Shown here: positions 10,818 through 22,800 of the stretch, one piece after another
How positions within the stretch are numbered: position 1 is the stretch's first letter
Layout: each line of letters begins with the position of its first letter
Assembly: GCA_002269645.1 (NCBI GenBank)
Contig: NIVC01002910.1
Coordinates: 1 to 35,697, forward strand
Direction: 5' to 3'
Length of the DNA stretch: 35,697 nucleotides
Source of the DNA: Macrostomum lignano
Taxonomy: Eukaryota
The notes under the pieces: generated by a model
What the model was told of the DNA's origin: nothing
What the model saw: the letters and a program-made list of their open reading frames with translations, nothing else
Databases searched by the model: none
Position numbers and translations under genes: made by a program

Positions 10818-13800
10818 ATGGCGGCTATCGCAGAGGATGTTCTCTGCATCGGCGACACCATCGCACTGTACTCCGATGATGTGCTGGGCTATGTGTACGC
10901 CTTGCAGTCCAGGTGAGCTTCTGAAAATTTCCATTGAAGTAGTGCTTCTTCATGAAACTTAATAGTGTTGGAAGTTCACTTATCGATTACTGAAAGCAGG
11001 TCGGTCAGAAGTCTGCTCTCACAAACTCTTAGAATTTGATGGAGTGAGTCCAAATCGATCGTTAAGAAATGAATGTTCTAAATTTGGCTTTTTTGCCCTG
11101 GCATGCAGACAGACCAAATCCTAATAGTGAATGACACACGAGTATTCTATGAGTTTTTTTTGCCTGAGATCGCGGGTCAACCTGCCAGCCTGAGTGGCCG
11201 ATTGAAGACTCCGTTGCCATGCCAATGTCAGACCTGAGGGAGCGCTTATCTTCATATTTAGACACTAACTCACTCACTGCTATCTCGTGAACCGGCTTGC
11301 AGAGCAGAGCTCTCTCTCATCGCCCATTGAAGCCCAACATCTCGACCATGCGCAGTGAATGCGCGGTCTTGCAGATATCAGTGCCGAGCTCAGCCTAGAA
11401 TGACTCGGTGCTGTCTCTTATCAATTCAAGCGCCGCAGGGCACAAAAACAAACGCCGACCTTCTCCTCGCAGAGTCAAACGGTTGCTGTGACCTCAGCTC
11501 AATTGAAATTTTTTTAATCTCTTTAGCAAAAGAACTGTTCAAACTAGCAAAAAAGATGCTCACCAGAGGAGATGCTAAATTTCTGATGAATGTCAACCAT
11601 ATTTTCAAAAGCTTATCTGCATCTGTCCTCTTTTCAGCTCGTCCCATGCTGTGTTGGCAGTGAATAGCAAGGAGGACCGAGTCCAGCCCCGCTGTCCAGA
11701 TGCTCAGGGTGCGTCTTCAGCCAGACAAACTGGCGCAAAGCTGCAGTCGGTTTAAGATAAATTTCCACTTGAGAGAGGGGATTTCGGTTCACAGAGCCCA
11801 GCTGGCCGAAAGGGAGCTGTGTGGAGTTTAGAAGCGAGGACCACCGGGAAGACGTGGGAGAAAAAACGACGCTGTTTAGAACCAACTACTGGTCCCATTC
11901 GATGTCAGGCATAATTTGGTCTAAAAATAGAAATGAAAAACAGAAAATTTTAGACAGCTTCCTATCCCAAACTTTCAGTGCTGTCCTTCAAAATCTGCTC
12001 TGCCAATCGGTACAAGCTGCAGAAGGCCTACAGAAAGCTGGCAGCTGCTCAGTCAAGTACGAGCAGCGTGGCTCAGATGGCTCAGCTGACGCAAGCCAAG
12101 GTGAGTCCAACTGACTGGGTCAGCAGGCATTTGCGAAATGTCTTGAACAACTTTCTAGAGGTTACAAAAGCTAATGAGTCAACTTTTTAAATCATCAAAC
12201 AATGCTTCCTGTACGATATAACCACAAACAATGGATAAGGTACAAAATTCGCTCCCGTGCAGATCGCGGCAGCGGCCGAGGAGGAAGACAACGCCGTAGA
12301 GCAGAGGCGCCAGAAAGGCAAGAAGGTGCTGTACGGCCAGATGGTGCAGCTGCAGCACGTCTTCACCGGAAAGTTCGTGCACATCAGCACACAGAACACG
12401 TCGCCGACGGAGAGCAGCAACATGCAGGTGACGCTGAGCAGCGAGAACGCTGCCTTCGCCTTGTTCCGCGTGATGCCGCGCTTCAAAGTGAAGGGCGAGG
12501 GCGACCTCGTGCAGATTGAGGACCAGGTGGTGCTGGAGAGCGTCAAGAGTCCCGGCCAGTTCCTGCACGTCAGCCGGCACAAGTTCGAAGCCCACATGCC
12601 GGTGTACGCGGACTCCTACGAGCTTAACTTGTCCGTGAGGTTCAGCGGCTTCACTCTTATCAGGCGGTACCACGAGACCGAGGACGAAGCCAACAAGATA
12701 CGAGCCGGACAGCCCGTCAGGTTCTTCCACACCGAGCTGGAGGCCTACCTGGTGTGTGAGGGTACATTCAACGAGCCCGAAGTCGAAGACGTTCACCTGC
12801 GAGTCCGAGCTGTCGAACAGACAAAGCCGAAGACCATGTTCCCGCCCACATCCGCCATCTGCTACTGGCAGCTGGAGTTCTTCGAGGGCTGCATCAGCGG
12901 CGACATCATCAAGTGGGAGCAGCAGGTGCGCATCCGGCACATGTGCACCAGGAAATTCCTCATTATCGACAATGATGGCCGTCTTGCGCTCACGGAAGAC
13001 TGCAAGGACGCCAGGGCCGTGTTCCGGCTGCATCCCGTGCTCAGGGTGAGCTTGGCTTTGTGATTTGGAGTCACAGTGGTGTGAGTTCACAACCGATGTC
13101 CCGTGGCGTAAATGCATGGCAAGGACAAGTTTTCTAGGCGGGACCCAAATGGTAGCAAATTTCAGCGAGTACAGGGTGCGGAGTTACTCACTACCTGATT
13201 TACCTTTTGCATCCCCCCAAATTTTTACTCCCAAGATGGTAAACTTGGAGTCGAATGTAAAGATCAACTACAGCGTAAGTTGGCGGCCTGAGTTCTTTTG
13301 GCAGGCTCATGCCTAGTCTTGTGAAGAGAACATTTGTTAGCATCCAGTTAGCTGTCATTGATTCATTATAATATGTCCGATACTCGACTTGATTTGTTGA
13401 TTAAATGATTTCATAATTTTAGCATTTGGTGGTTCAGTTATTTATTGTCTTAAGACTAATTGACAACATTATAGGAATAATCCTTGATTGATTAATTTGT
13501 ATTTCTAGGAAAGAGATGAAATTGAGGACACAACATATTGCCGAATCGAACACGTGGTCACCGGTAACTGGCTGCATGGTAGCAAAGGTGAGAAGCGTAT
13601 TCCACAAATACAAGCCCTATTTGATTGAACGAGAAGCACCTGTTGACACTGAGTACTAACATACGGCCTCTTTTATTTCAGAGGACTACTCGCGAAAGAC
13701 CCAAAGCGATGAAGCTAGCAGTCACAACTCTATGGCCGGCCTGGTCTGGTCTCAGGCGCCCCTAAAGAAGGTATTTATTTGAAGCCTTTCAGAACACCGA

Positions 13801-16800
13801 TAATGCTGACTCCTGATTACATTCACACGCTAATCGTTAGGCATGTACCCTCTCTGTGATGTGGAGGTTGGCTCTCATGCGTGTGAATTGCAAGAATCGC
13901 GCCACAGTTTAATCGTGAGAGTCAGACGCGTCTACCGCTGAGCTGCCCTGCCCCTTGAATTGTATTTTTACACTCAATAGGCAATGGCTCACTGAAACCC
14001 CATTGAGTTTCAATGACTGCGGAACCACTCCAACTGGAACTGCAGGTGGAGATCGTGTCTGAGATGCAGTTCGACGACGCCTTCACCATCTACTCGGTGG
14101 AGGAGGAGCTGGTCAGGATTTTCAACTTCGCGGCCGGCTGCGTCCCGTTCATTCAGAAGCTCTGCCTGCAGGTAAGGACCGGTGTTGGAGCGGGCGAGCT
14201 GGGTTGTCAGGGAAAAGTGCACACTCTTTCAGGCTGGGAGTTGCGTCAGAGACATGTACTTCAGTACCAGTACGAACAGCAGGCAGTACACGTACGGTAC
14301 AGTATGCTGTCGCCATGAAGTCGATGGCGACTGGGCGCTCAGAGGCGCATCACCAAGACTGCTCTCCCTGACACACATTTTAGCTGCGCGGAGTGCCGTT
14401 TAGCTCAGCCGAGGGGAGTGCATCTGCTGAGGTAAAGACTCAAACTGGTGCTGATTGGCTGATCTGCAGCCTCACTCTGTGACACGTGCTTAGGCTGGTA
14501 ATTTAGCACCTGAGCTAGATTTTTTTAACGGTGAAGTTCACGATCAGTTAAGCAAACATGATATCAGGCTTTGTGCGGTGGTGAATAAAAATTCCAACTT
14601 CAGAGGTGATACCAACCTGACAACAAATTTAACAAGTGAAACTCAGTCAAAACTCGAATTCAAAACTGAACTTTTTTAGCGCAAGCAAGGCGGTCAGTCC
14701 ACACTGAATGCCTATAGAAGTCACACGATCGCCAACGCGCTGAAGGAGCTGCGCGACTTCATGATTGTCAACAGCGAGCCCGTCAAGAAACGACAGAAGC
14801 TGCTCAGGAATCTCAGGGTAAGATCGAGTGGAATTGTGCAACCAACACTTTCGCATGGACTCCATCGTTAAGAGTTTGAATTTTGGAAATGGTTAAATGC
14901 GTAGCTGAAAAAATAGGGGAATGAATGAACTTGTGAATGTGAGTTTGTGAATGTGTAAATTTGTGAATGGGTGAACTTGTGAACGGGTAATTTGTGAATT
15001 TGTGAATGTGTAAATAAAGATAGGCCTTGCAATAGTGCCTTCTCACTGCGGTTCCTGCAGATCGTGGAGCTGCTGGTGCGGCTGCTGCAGACGCCATTCA
15101 GAGGCGGTCCCGACCAGCAGTATCTGGTGAAAATCTTCGTCGAGTGCTACGAGGTCCTGTACACCTACCTGATGGGCGACAGTCGCAAGAACGAGCTGTA
15201 CATTGCTAAGCATATCGACTTCTTCCGCAGCCAGGTTGTGCTGGAGGTGAGAAATTGCTCAACTTTTCCTTTTAATGAGCATTGCTTTCGAGTAAAACTT
15301 TACAGGAATTCCACAGTATGCACTTCAACAATGTGATCCCTCGCTCGCCTCAAATTTCAAGAGCTCGCCAGAATGTGTAAGTAGATCGCCGAGAGAGCGC
15401 GTTTGCACACCTTCTAGACTCGATGTGACTAGCGGGGCTGCTCACACAGTCAGCTCTAGTTGGTGCCAGCCGGATTACCTGCTCAATTTTGTGCCCGCTT
15501 TTGTATCTTGCAGTACCTTGCTTTGTCCTGTCGAACCGGATGCACAGATTTTATTGATACTAGTATAGCATCATTAAAGTACACACTGACTAAGTCGAGC
15601 TCAAAATGTCGAAGACAAGTATTTTACTTTTTGCTTCGAATTTGCTAAAAGTACTGACTGGATTCACGAATGCTACTAACCAGACTACTAACCAGACTAA
15701 CTAATTAGACTTGTCTCCCATTATGCCCCTCTTGCTGTTCCGCAATTGATCCTGTTGTTTTTAAAAAAATTGATGCGACGTTCATCATGATGGTAGCATT
15801 TTAGTTTAGAATTTTTCTGGGAGGCCTGATGTGCTTTGGGACACCTTGGATGTTAATGGGAGGCTTGGAGTGCTTTAGGACACCTCGGATGTTTATGGGA
15901 GGCTTGAAGTGCTTTGGGACACCTCGGATGTTTATGGGAGGCTTGAAGTGCTTTGGGACACATTGGATGTTTATGGGAGGCTTGAAGTGCTTTGGGACAC
16001 CTCGGATGTTTATGGGAGGCTTGAAGTGCTTTGGGACACCTCGGATGTTTATGGGAGGCCTGGTGTGCTTTGGGACACATTGGCTGTTTATGGGAGGCTT
16101 GGAGTGCTTTAGGACACCTCGGATGTTTATGGGAGGCTTGAAGTGCTTTGGGACACATTGGATGTTTATGGGAGGCTTGAAGTGCTTTGGGACACCTCGG
16201 ATGTTTATGGGAGGCTTGGTGTGCTTTGGGACACCTCGGATGTTTATGGGAGGCTTGGTGTGCTTTGGGACACCTCGGATGTTTATGGGAGGCTTGGAGT
16301 GCTTTAGGACACCTCGGATGTTTATGGGAGGCTTGGTGTGCTTTGGGACACCTCGGATGTTTATGGGAGGCTTGGTGTGCTTTGGGGACACCTCGGATGT
16401 TTATGGGAGGCTTGGAGTGCTTTAGGACACCTCGGATGTTTATGGGAGGCTTGAAGTGCTTTGGGACACATTGGATGTGTTATGGGAGGCTTGAAGTGCT
16501 TTGGGACACCTCGGATGTTTATGGGAGGCCTGGTGTGCTTTGGGACACATTGGCTGTTTATGGGAGGCTTGGAGTGCTTTAGGACACCTCGGATGTTTAT
16601 GGGAGGCTTGAAGTGCTTTGGGACACATTGGATGTTTATGGGAGGCTTGAAGTGCTTTGGGACACCTCGGATGTTTATGGGAGGCTTGGTGTGCTTTGGG
16701 ACACCTCGGATGTTTATGGGAGGCTTGGTGTGCTTTGGGACACCTCGGATGTTTATGGGAGGCTTGGAGTGCTTTAGGACACCTCGGATGTTTATGGGAG

Positions 16801-19800
16801 GCTTGGTGTGCTTTGGGACACCTCGGATGTTTATGGGAGGCTTGGTGTGCTTTGGGGACACCTCGGATGTTTATGGGAGGCTTGGAGTGCTTTAGGACAC
16901 CTCGGATGTTTATGGGAGGCTTGAAGTGCTTTGGGACACATTGGATGTGTTATGGGAGGCTTGAAGTGCTTTGGGACACCTCGGATGTTTATGGGAGGCC
17001 TGGTGTGCTTTGGGACACATTGGCTGTTTATGGGAGGCTTGGAGTGCTTTAGGACACCTCGGATGTTTATGGGAGGCTTGGAGTGCTTTAGGACACCTCG
17101 GATGTTTATGGGAGGCCTGGTGTGCTTTGGGACACATTGGCTGTTTATGGGAGGCTTGGAGTGCTTTGAGACACCTCGGATGTTTATGGGAGGCTTGGTG
17201 TGCTTTGGGACACCTCGGATGTTTATGGGAGGCTTGGAGTGCTTTAGGACACCTCGGATGTTTATGGGAGGCTTGAAGTGCTTTGGGACACATTGGATGT
17301 TTATGGGAGGCTTGAAGTGCTTTGGGACACCTCGGATGTTTATGGGAGGCCTGGTGTGCTTTGGGACACCTCGGATGTTTATGGGAGGCTTGGAGTGCTT
17401 TGGGACACCTCGGATGTTTATGGGAGGCTTGGAGTGCTTTAGGACATCTCGGATGTTTATGGGAGGCTTGAAGTGCTTTGGGACACATTGGATGTTTATG
17501 GGAGGCTTGAAGTGCTTTGGGACACCTCGGATGTTTATGGGAGGCCTGGTGTGCTTTGGGACACATTGGCTGTTTATGGGAGGCTTGGAGTGCTTTGAGA
17601 CACCTCGGATGTTTATGGGAGGCTTGGTGTGCTTTGGGACACCTCGGATGTTTATGGGAGGCTTGGTGTGCTTTGGGACACCTCGGATGTTTATGGGAGG
17701 CTTGAAGTGCTTTGGGGACACCTTGGGTTACTTAAAGGAGCAAAAATACGATGGGGGGGCAAGAGTGCTATATAGCCTGTAGACCACTCTCATCAAGAGA
17801 GCCTGAACAAAGAGGCGTTCTTGTTTCATTTTTATTCGAATTGGCGGTCACCAAAAAGGCTCTGCAACAACTTTTTTTTGCACGCAAAATTCGATTCCGC
17901 TTGTATTGAAGCCCCCCCCCCCAACCATCGTCCGGCGTGCGCTACGTGTGTTACCCCACTTCCGCTTCAAAATTTTACCAAAGTGCTTGAGTGTTTCCTA
18001 GAAACCTATAAATTAATACACCGATATCGAACCCGTCTGTAACACTGTCCCAACCTCTGCTGACTCCACTCGCAGGAAGAGGTCGGCCTGAACGCTGCCC
18101 ACATGATCATGGAGCTCATCAAGGACAACCGGAAGATTGTTGACAGAATTCCGCACAGCTACGTGGACGAAATTATCGAGTTATTGAAACAGAACAAGGT
18201 GAGTTTCGGCTCGAGTGCGGCCGGCTGTTTTCAGTGACAAATTATTCTGCAACTGATATTTTTGCCAATCGTGCAGAATTTCCGGTATCTCGAACTACTG
18301 AGCGTCTTGTGCGTCTGCGACGGTTTGAGCATGCCGGAGAACCAGAACTACATCACGGATAAGTGGCTGGTGGAGGGCCAGAGCTTCAGTCTGGTCTTCT
18401 TCACGGATCTAGGACAGACAATTGGCAAGGAGAAGGACAAAGTGTTCGTGTCTGTGGACAACAAGCGACGCTGGGTCTCGTTGGCTCAGTTCGCCAAAGA
18501 TGTGAGCGGGGTGCCATGTCGAGAATAAACTGAATACCAAAACCCAAGCCAAACCGTTTAAGCCAATCATTGAATGACCAGTGAGGAACCCGATCATTGA
18601 ATGACCAGTGAAGAATCCGGTCATTGATTGACCAGTGAGGAACCCGATCATTGAATGACCAGAGAGGAATCCGATCATTGAATGACCAGTGAAGAATCCG
18701 GTCATTGAATGACCAGTGAAGAATCCGGTCATTGATTGACCAGTGAGGAACCCGATCATTGAATGACCAGTGAGGAATCCGATCATTGAATGACCAGTGA
18801 TGAATCCGATCATTGAATGACCAGTGAGGAATCCGATCATTGAATGACCAGTGAGGAATCCGATCATTGAATGACAAGTGAGGAATCCGATCATTGAATG
18901 ACCAGTGAGGAACCCGATCATTGAATGACCAGTGAGGAACCAGATCATTGAATGACCAGTGAGGAACCAGATCATTGAATGACCAGTGAGGAATCCGATC
19001 ATTGAATGACCAGTGAGGAACCCGATCATTGAATGACCAGTGAGGAACCAGATCATTGAATGACCAGTGAGGAACCCGATCATTGAATGACCAGTGAGGA
19101 ATCCGATCATTGAATGACCAGTGAGGAATCCGATCATTGAATGACAAGTGAGGAATCCGATCATTGAATGACAAGTGAGGAACCAGATCATTGAATGACC
19201 AGTGAGGAACCCGATCATTGAATGACCAGTGAGGAATCCGATCATTGAATGACCAGTGAGGAATCCGATCATTGAATGACCAGTGAGGAATCCGATCATT
19301 GAATGACAAGTGAGGAATCCGATCATTGAATGACCAGTGAGGAACCCGATCATTGAATGACAAGTGAGGAACCAGATCATTGAATGACAAGTGAGGAACC
19401 AGATCATTGAATGACCAGTGAGGAACCAGATCATTGAATGACCAGTGAGGAATGACGAGTGGTAACCCAAATATTGAAAGAACCGAGGAACCCTTAGACT
19501 CCCCTCTGATTTTTAGTACCAGAAGGCGGTCGCGGCGTCGAAGACAAACGCGGACGGCTCGGTGCAAATCACGCACGTCAAGTCGCGCAAACGGCAGCTC
19601 AACAAGCGCAAATTGAGCCCAGAAGAGGTGAGACAGCGAGATGGAGAAAGTTAATTGTTATCTAGTTCAAACTTTGCAGTGCGAGACAGTGAGAAGTTCG
19701 TTAAGTTAACCAAACTAGTGTTCACTTATTTTATCAACCAATTTGAAGCTAAAAGCATATGGCCGGAACAAAGACGCTTTGGAGGAGATGGTGAGATGGA

Positions 19801-22800
19801 GAAAATAGCTTTAGCCTCACCGTTCAGTCACTCTGAGTGCATCGTGCTTCACATTCTCGCAAAGCGTACCCTGCGTGAAGTCCCCCATTTCTCTAGATTG
19901 CGTACCATTGTCAATCTCGGCAGGTTTACTTCCAGAATTTACAGCTTTCTATAAGTATCAATGACTCATGATACCACCAAAATTTCCAATAGCGTTCCAT
20001 CATTTTCCTGTATTCAACTTCCCATACGCTTCAGCAAAACTCGACAATCATAGAAGAATTCATGTTCCTGCAGCACCAGCTAGACTTGTTCGGAAAACTC
20101 TGCCAGGTAAGACGGGATCAGGATCAGGGATCGGGATCAGGGATCGGGATCAGGGATCGGGATCAGGGATCGGGATCAGGGATCGGGATCAGGGATCGGG
20201 ATCAGGGATCGGGATCAGGGATCGGGATCAGGGATCGGGATCAGGGATCGGGATCAGGGATCGGGATCAGGGATCGGGATCAGGGATCGGGATCAGGGAT
20301 CGGGATCAGGGATCGGGATCAGGGATCGGGATCAGGGATCGGGATCAGGGATCGGGATCAGGGATCGGGATCAGGGATCGGGATCAGGGATCGGGATCAG
20401 GGATCGGGATCAGGGATCGGGATCAGGGATCGGGATCAGGGATCGGGATCAGGGATCGGGATCAGGGATCGGGATCAGGGATCGGGATCAGGGATCGGGA
20501 TCAGGGATCGGGATCAGGGATCGGGATCAGGGATCGGGATCAGGGATCGGGATCAGGGATCGGGATCAGGGATCGGGATCAGGGATCGGGATCAGGGATC
20601 GGGATCAGGGATCGGGATCAGGGATCGGGATCAGGGATCGGGATCAGGGATCGGGATCAGGGATCGGGATCAGGGATCGGGATCAGGGATCGGGATCAGG
20701 GATCGGGATCAGGGATCGGGATCAGGGATCGGGATCAGGGATCGGGATCAGGGATCGGGATCAGGGATCGGGATCAGGGATCGGGATCAGGGATCGGGAT
20801 CAGGGATCGGGATCAGGGATCGGGATCAGGGATCGGGATCAGGGATCGGGATCAGGGATTTTCTTATCTCGCTTTCCGTTACAAATTAGGGTCGCAACGC
20901 AAAGTCAATCGAGGTGGTCACAAAGCGGCTCAACTACCTCACCTGGGATGAGGCTTTCATCTGCCTCACTGATGAGGATCTGCCGGACCAGCTGCGAGCC
21001 AAGTACTGCGAGCTCATCACCACCATGTTCGTGGACGTTGACGACAACATCAGCGTGCTGGACAGGATCGACCTCACCTTCGTATATGACGATGTTTCAA
21101 AGCATTCGCAGGCCAAGACGAGTGAAATGGTTAGTTGAGCTCTAATTTATTAAACTGAATTGATGGCTTTGAGAAGCTGCTTCGCGGCTTGCCGGGAAAG
21201 GAATTTAAAGTTTCTAAGCTTAGAATTATTGTATTAAGAGCAACAAACCCACTCAACTCTTCCCGCAGACGACTCTGAGAAACGCCTCAACCCAGCGCTA
21301 CTTCCCAGCCTTGCGCGACTGGTTGGCCAGCTTTCTGGACCAGAACCACGACATGACGGCCTCGGAGGTCGGGCACAACATTCTGCTTGCGCACGTGATG
21401 CAGATGCTGCATTATCTGGTGAGGTTCGGATACTACAACTCCACCACCGACATCAAGAAGCTTCTCAAGCCGCTGCTGGATCTGCTGGACGGACGAAACG
21501 ACAAGCCGCTGCCCAGAGGTGCATAATTTATTGTAGTTCAGGCTTCACAGCTTTTAGCAAGAATCCTGATTTTTTCCTGACGAATAATGGGTCTCTTTTA
21601 AAAATTACTCCAATCCCATTTCACTTGCAATTTGATCCACACTGACAATTGCAAATTTGATTCCGAATATCTGGGACGCTTTTCGATGCTGTATTTCAAA
21701 CTGCGATCCCATGGCCGCACTTTCCAGGCGCCTTCTCCGGCGGGATGGTGGCAGATGTGGCAGGAAGTAAATCAGCATTTTTTGGCTTTCTAGAGTCAAA
21801 TATTTATCAGCATTTTAAAACTATAAACTTCTCTGCTTGAACTATTTAAACTGTACTTTACCATTCTCTACGATACTCTTACATCATTTCGTACACAAAC
21901 ATACCGCCAGTTCTGTACACTGCCAAAACACTTCCTTGACCTATCCTGAAACTTAAATTTACTTGCTTCGCTAAAATTTTTTATAGAACAAAAACGTATG
22001 ACGCTACGGCTTGTAGTTTGAGAGCCGACGAACCTTTTTGCGAACACGTAGTTTAGTTTTGATGTCAAATTCCGAAACTAATTCCGAATCGAATCTACAA
22101 TATCTGCAGCTGCCACAACTGACTATGACAAAGTGCTGCAGCACTACCAGACGGTGGATCGCTACAAAAAATCCAGGGAAACGAAGGCTGTGGTTGATGC
22201 AAAGCACCAGTAAGTTGGGGCGTTTACAAAACTGCCGGTTGACGTGTCAGTATTAGTGAAAGAAAATGGTGACACCTTTCAGAGCGATGCGAGTTCTGGA
22301 TCTGTTTTTCAACTTTCGATTCAATGTTCGCCTAAAAAGGTTTGTGGCTGAGTTCAAGGATGTTCAGTTTATGGCGCAGAACACCTTGAGTAGCGCTCAG
22401 GATCCGCTGGCTGGCTTACTGAACGAGAATTACGACCTAAATAAAAGGTGAGCTGATCCGTTCAAAGCTTGCTAGTCTCATACTTTATGGAGTGCATACA
22501 AATATAGCCGTGATGAAGTAACCTGTTAACCTTATTCAGCATCGATACGGTTGCGAGTCAGCGACTGGCAGAAATGTTCACCGAGTCCTCTTATTTCAAG
22601 GACTTCGACATCGTCAATGTTTTGCTCGTACGTCTTGATACGCTCGACAATTACAAAAAAACTGCATAACGTATAGGGATAAGTTAGGCTTTTCCGAAAA
22701 TTTAAAAGCACCACGTTTCAAAGCTTCTTTTGAAACCGCTGCAGGACCTGAGCAACTATGAGTACCCGAAGATGGTGCAGATGTCAATGTGGCTGCTCAA

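Noticed and set aside
12179-13117. 312-aa minus-strand ORF, and similar ones at 24573..25016 and 31465..31890
   Set aside because: They are antisense shadows of large ITPR exons.
15362-15376. 15-nt AG..GTAAGT segment (SSPEC) as a micro-exon
   Set aside because: The acceptor is a weak AAG with a poor pyrimidine tract, and such pairs arise by chance.
17732-17760. TTAAAGG start resembling a Kolobok-type transposon end
   Set aside because: No matching inverted end or second TTAA boundary was found nearby.
15801-17782. Long periodic ORFs ([25 protein letters not shown]) on both strands
   Set aside because: They are by-products of the 39-bp array inside an intron whose flanking exons splice in frame without them.
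15818-20859. Arrays as CRISPR loci
   Set aside because: The units are contiguous with no unique spacers, there are no cas genes, and the context is eukaryotic introns.
18401-20951. 391-aa, 353-aa, 327-aa and 275-aa repeat ORFs
   Set aside because: They come from the 27-bp and 13-bp arrays. Only the short unique parts belong to real exons.
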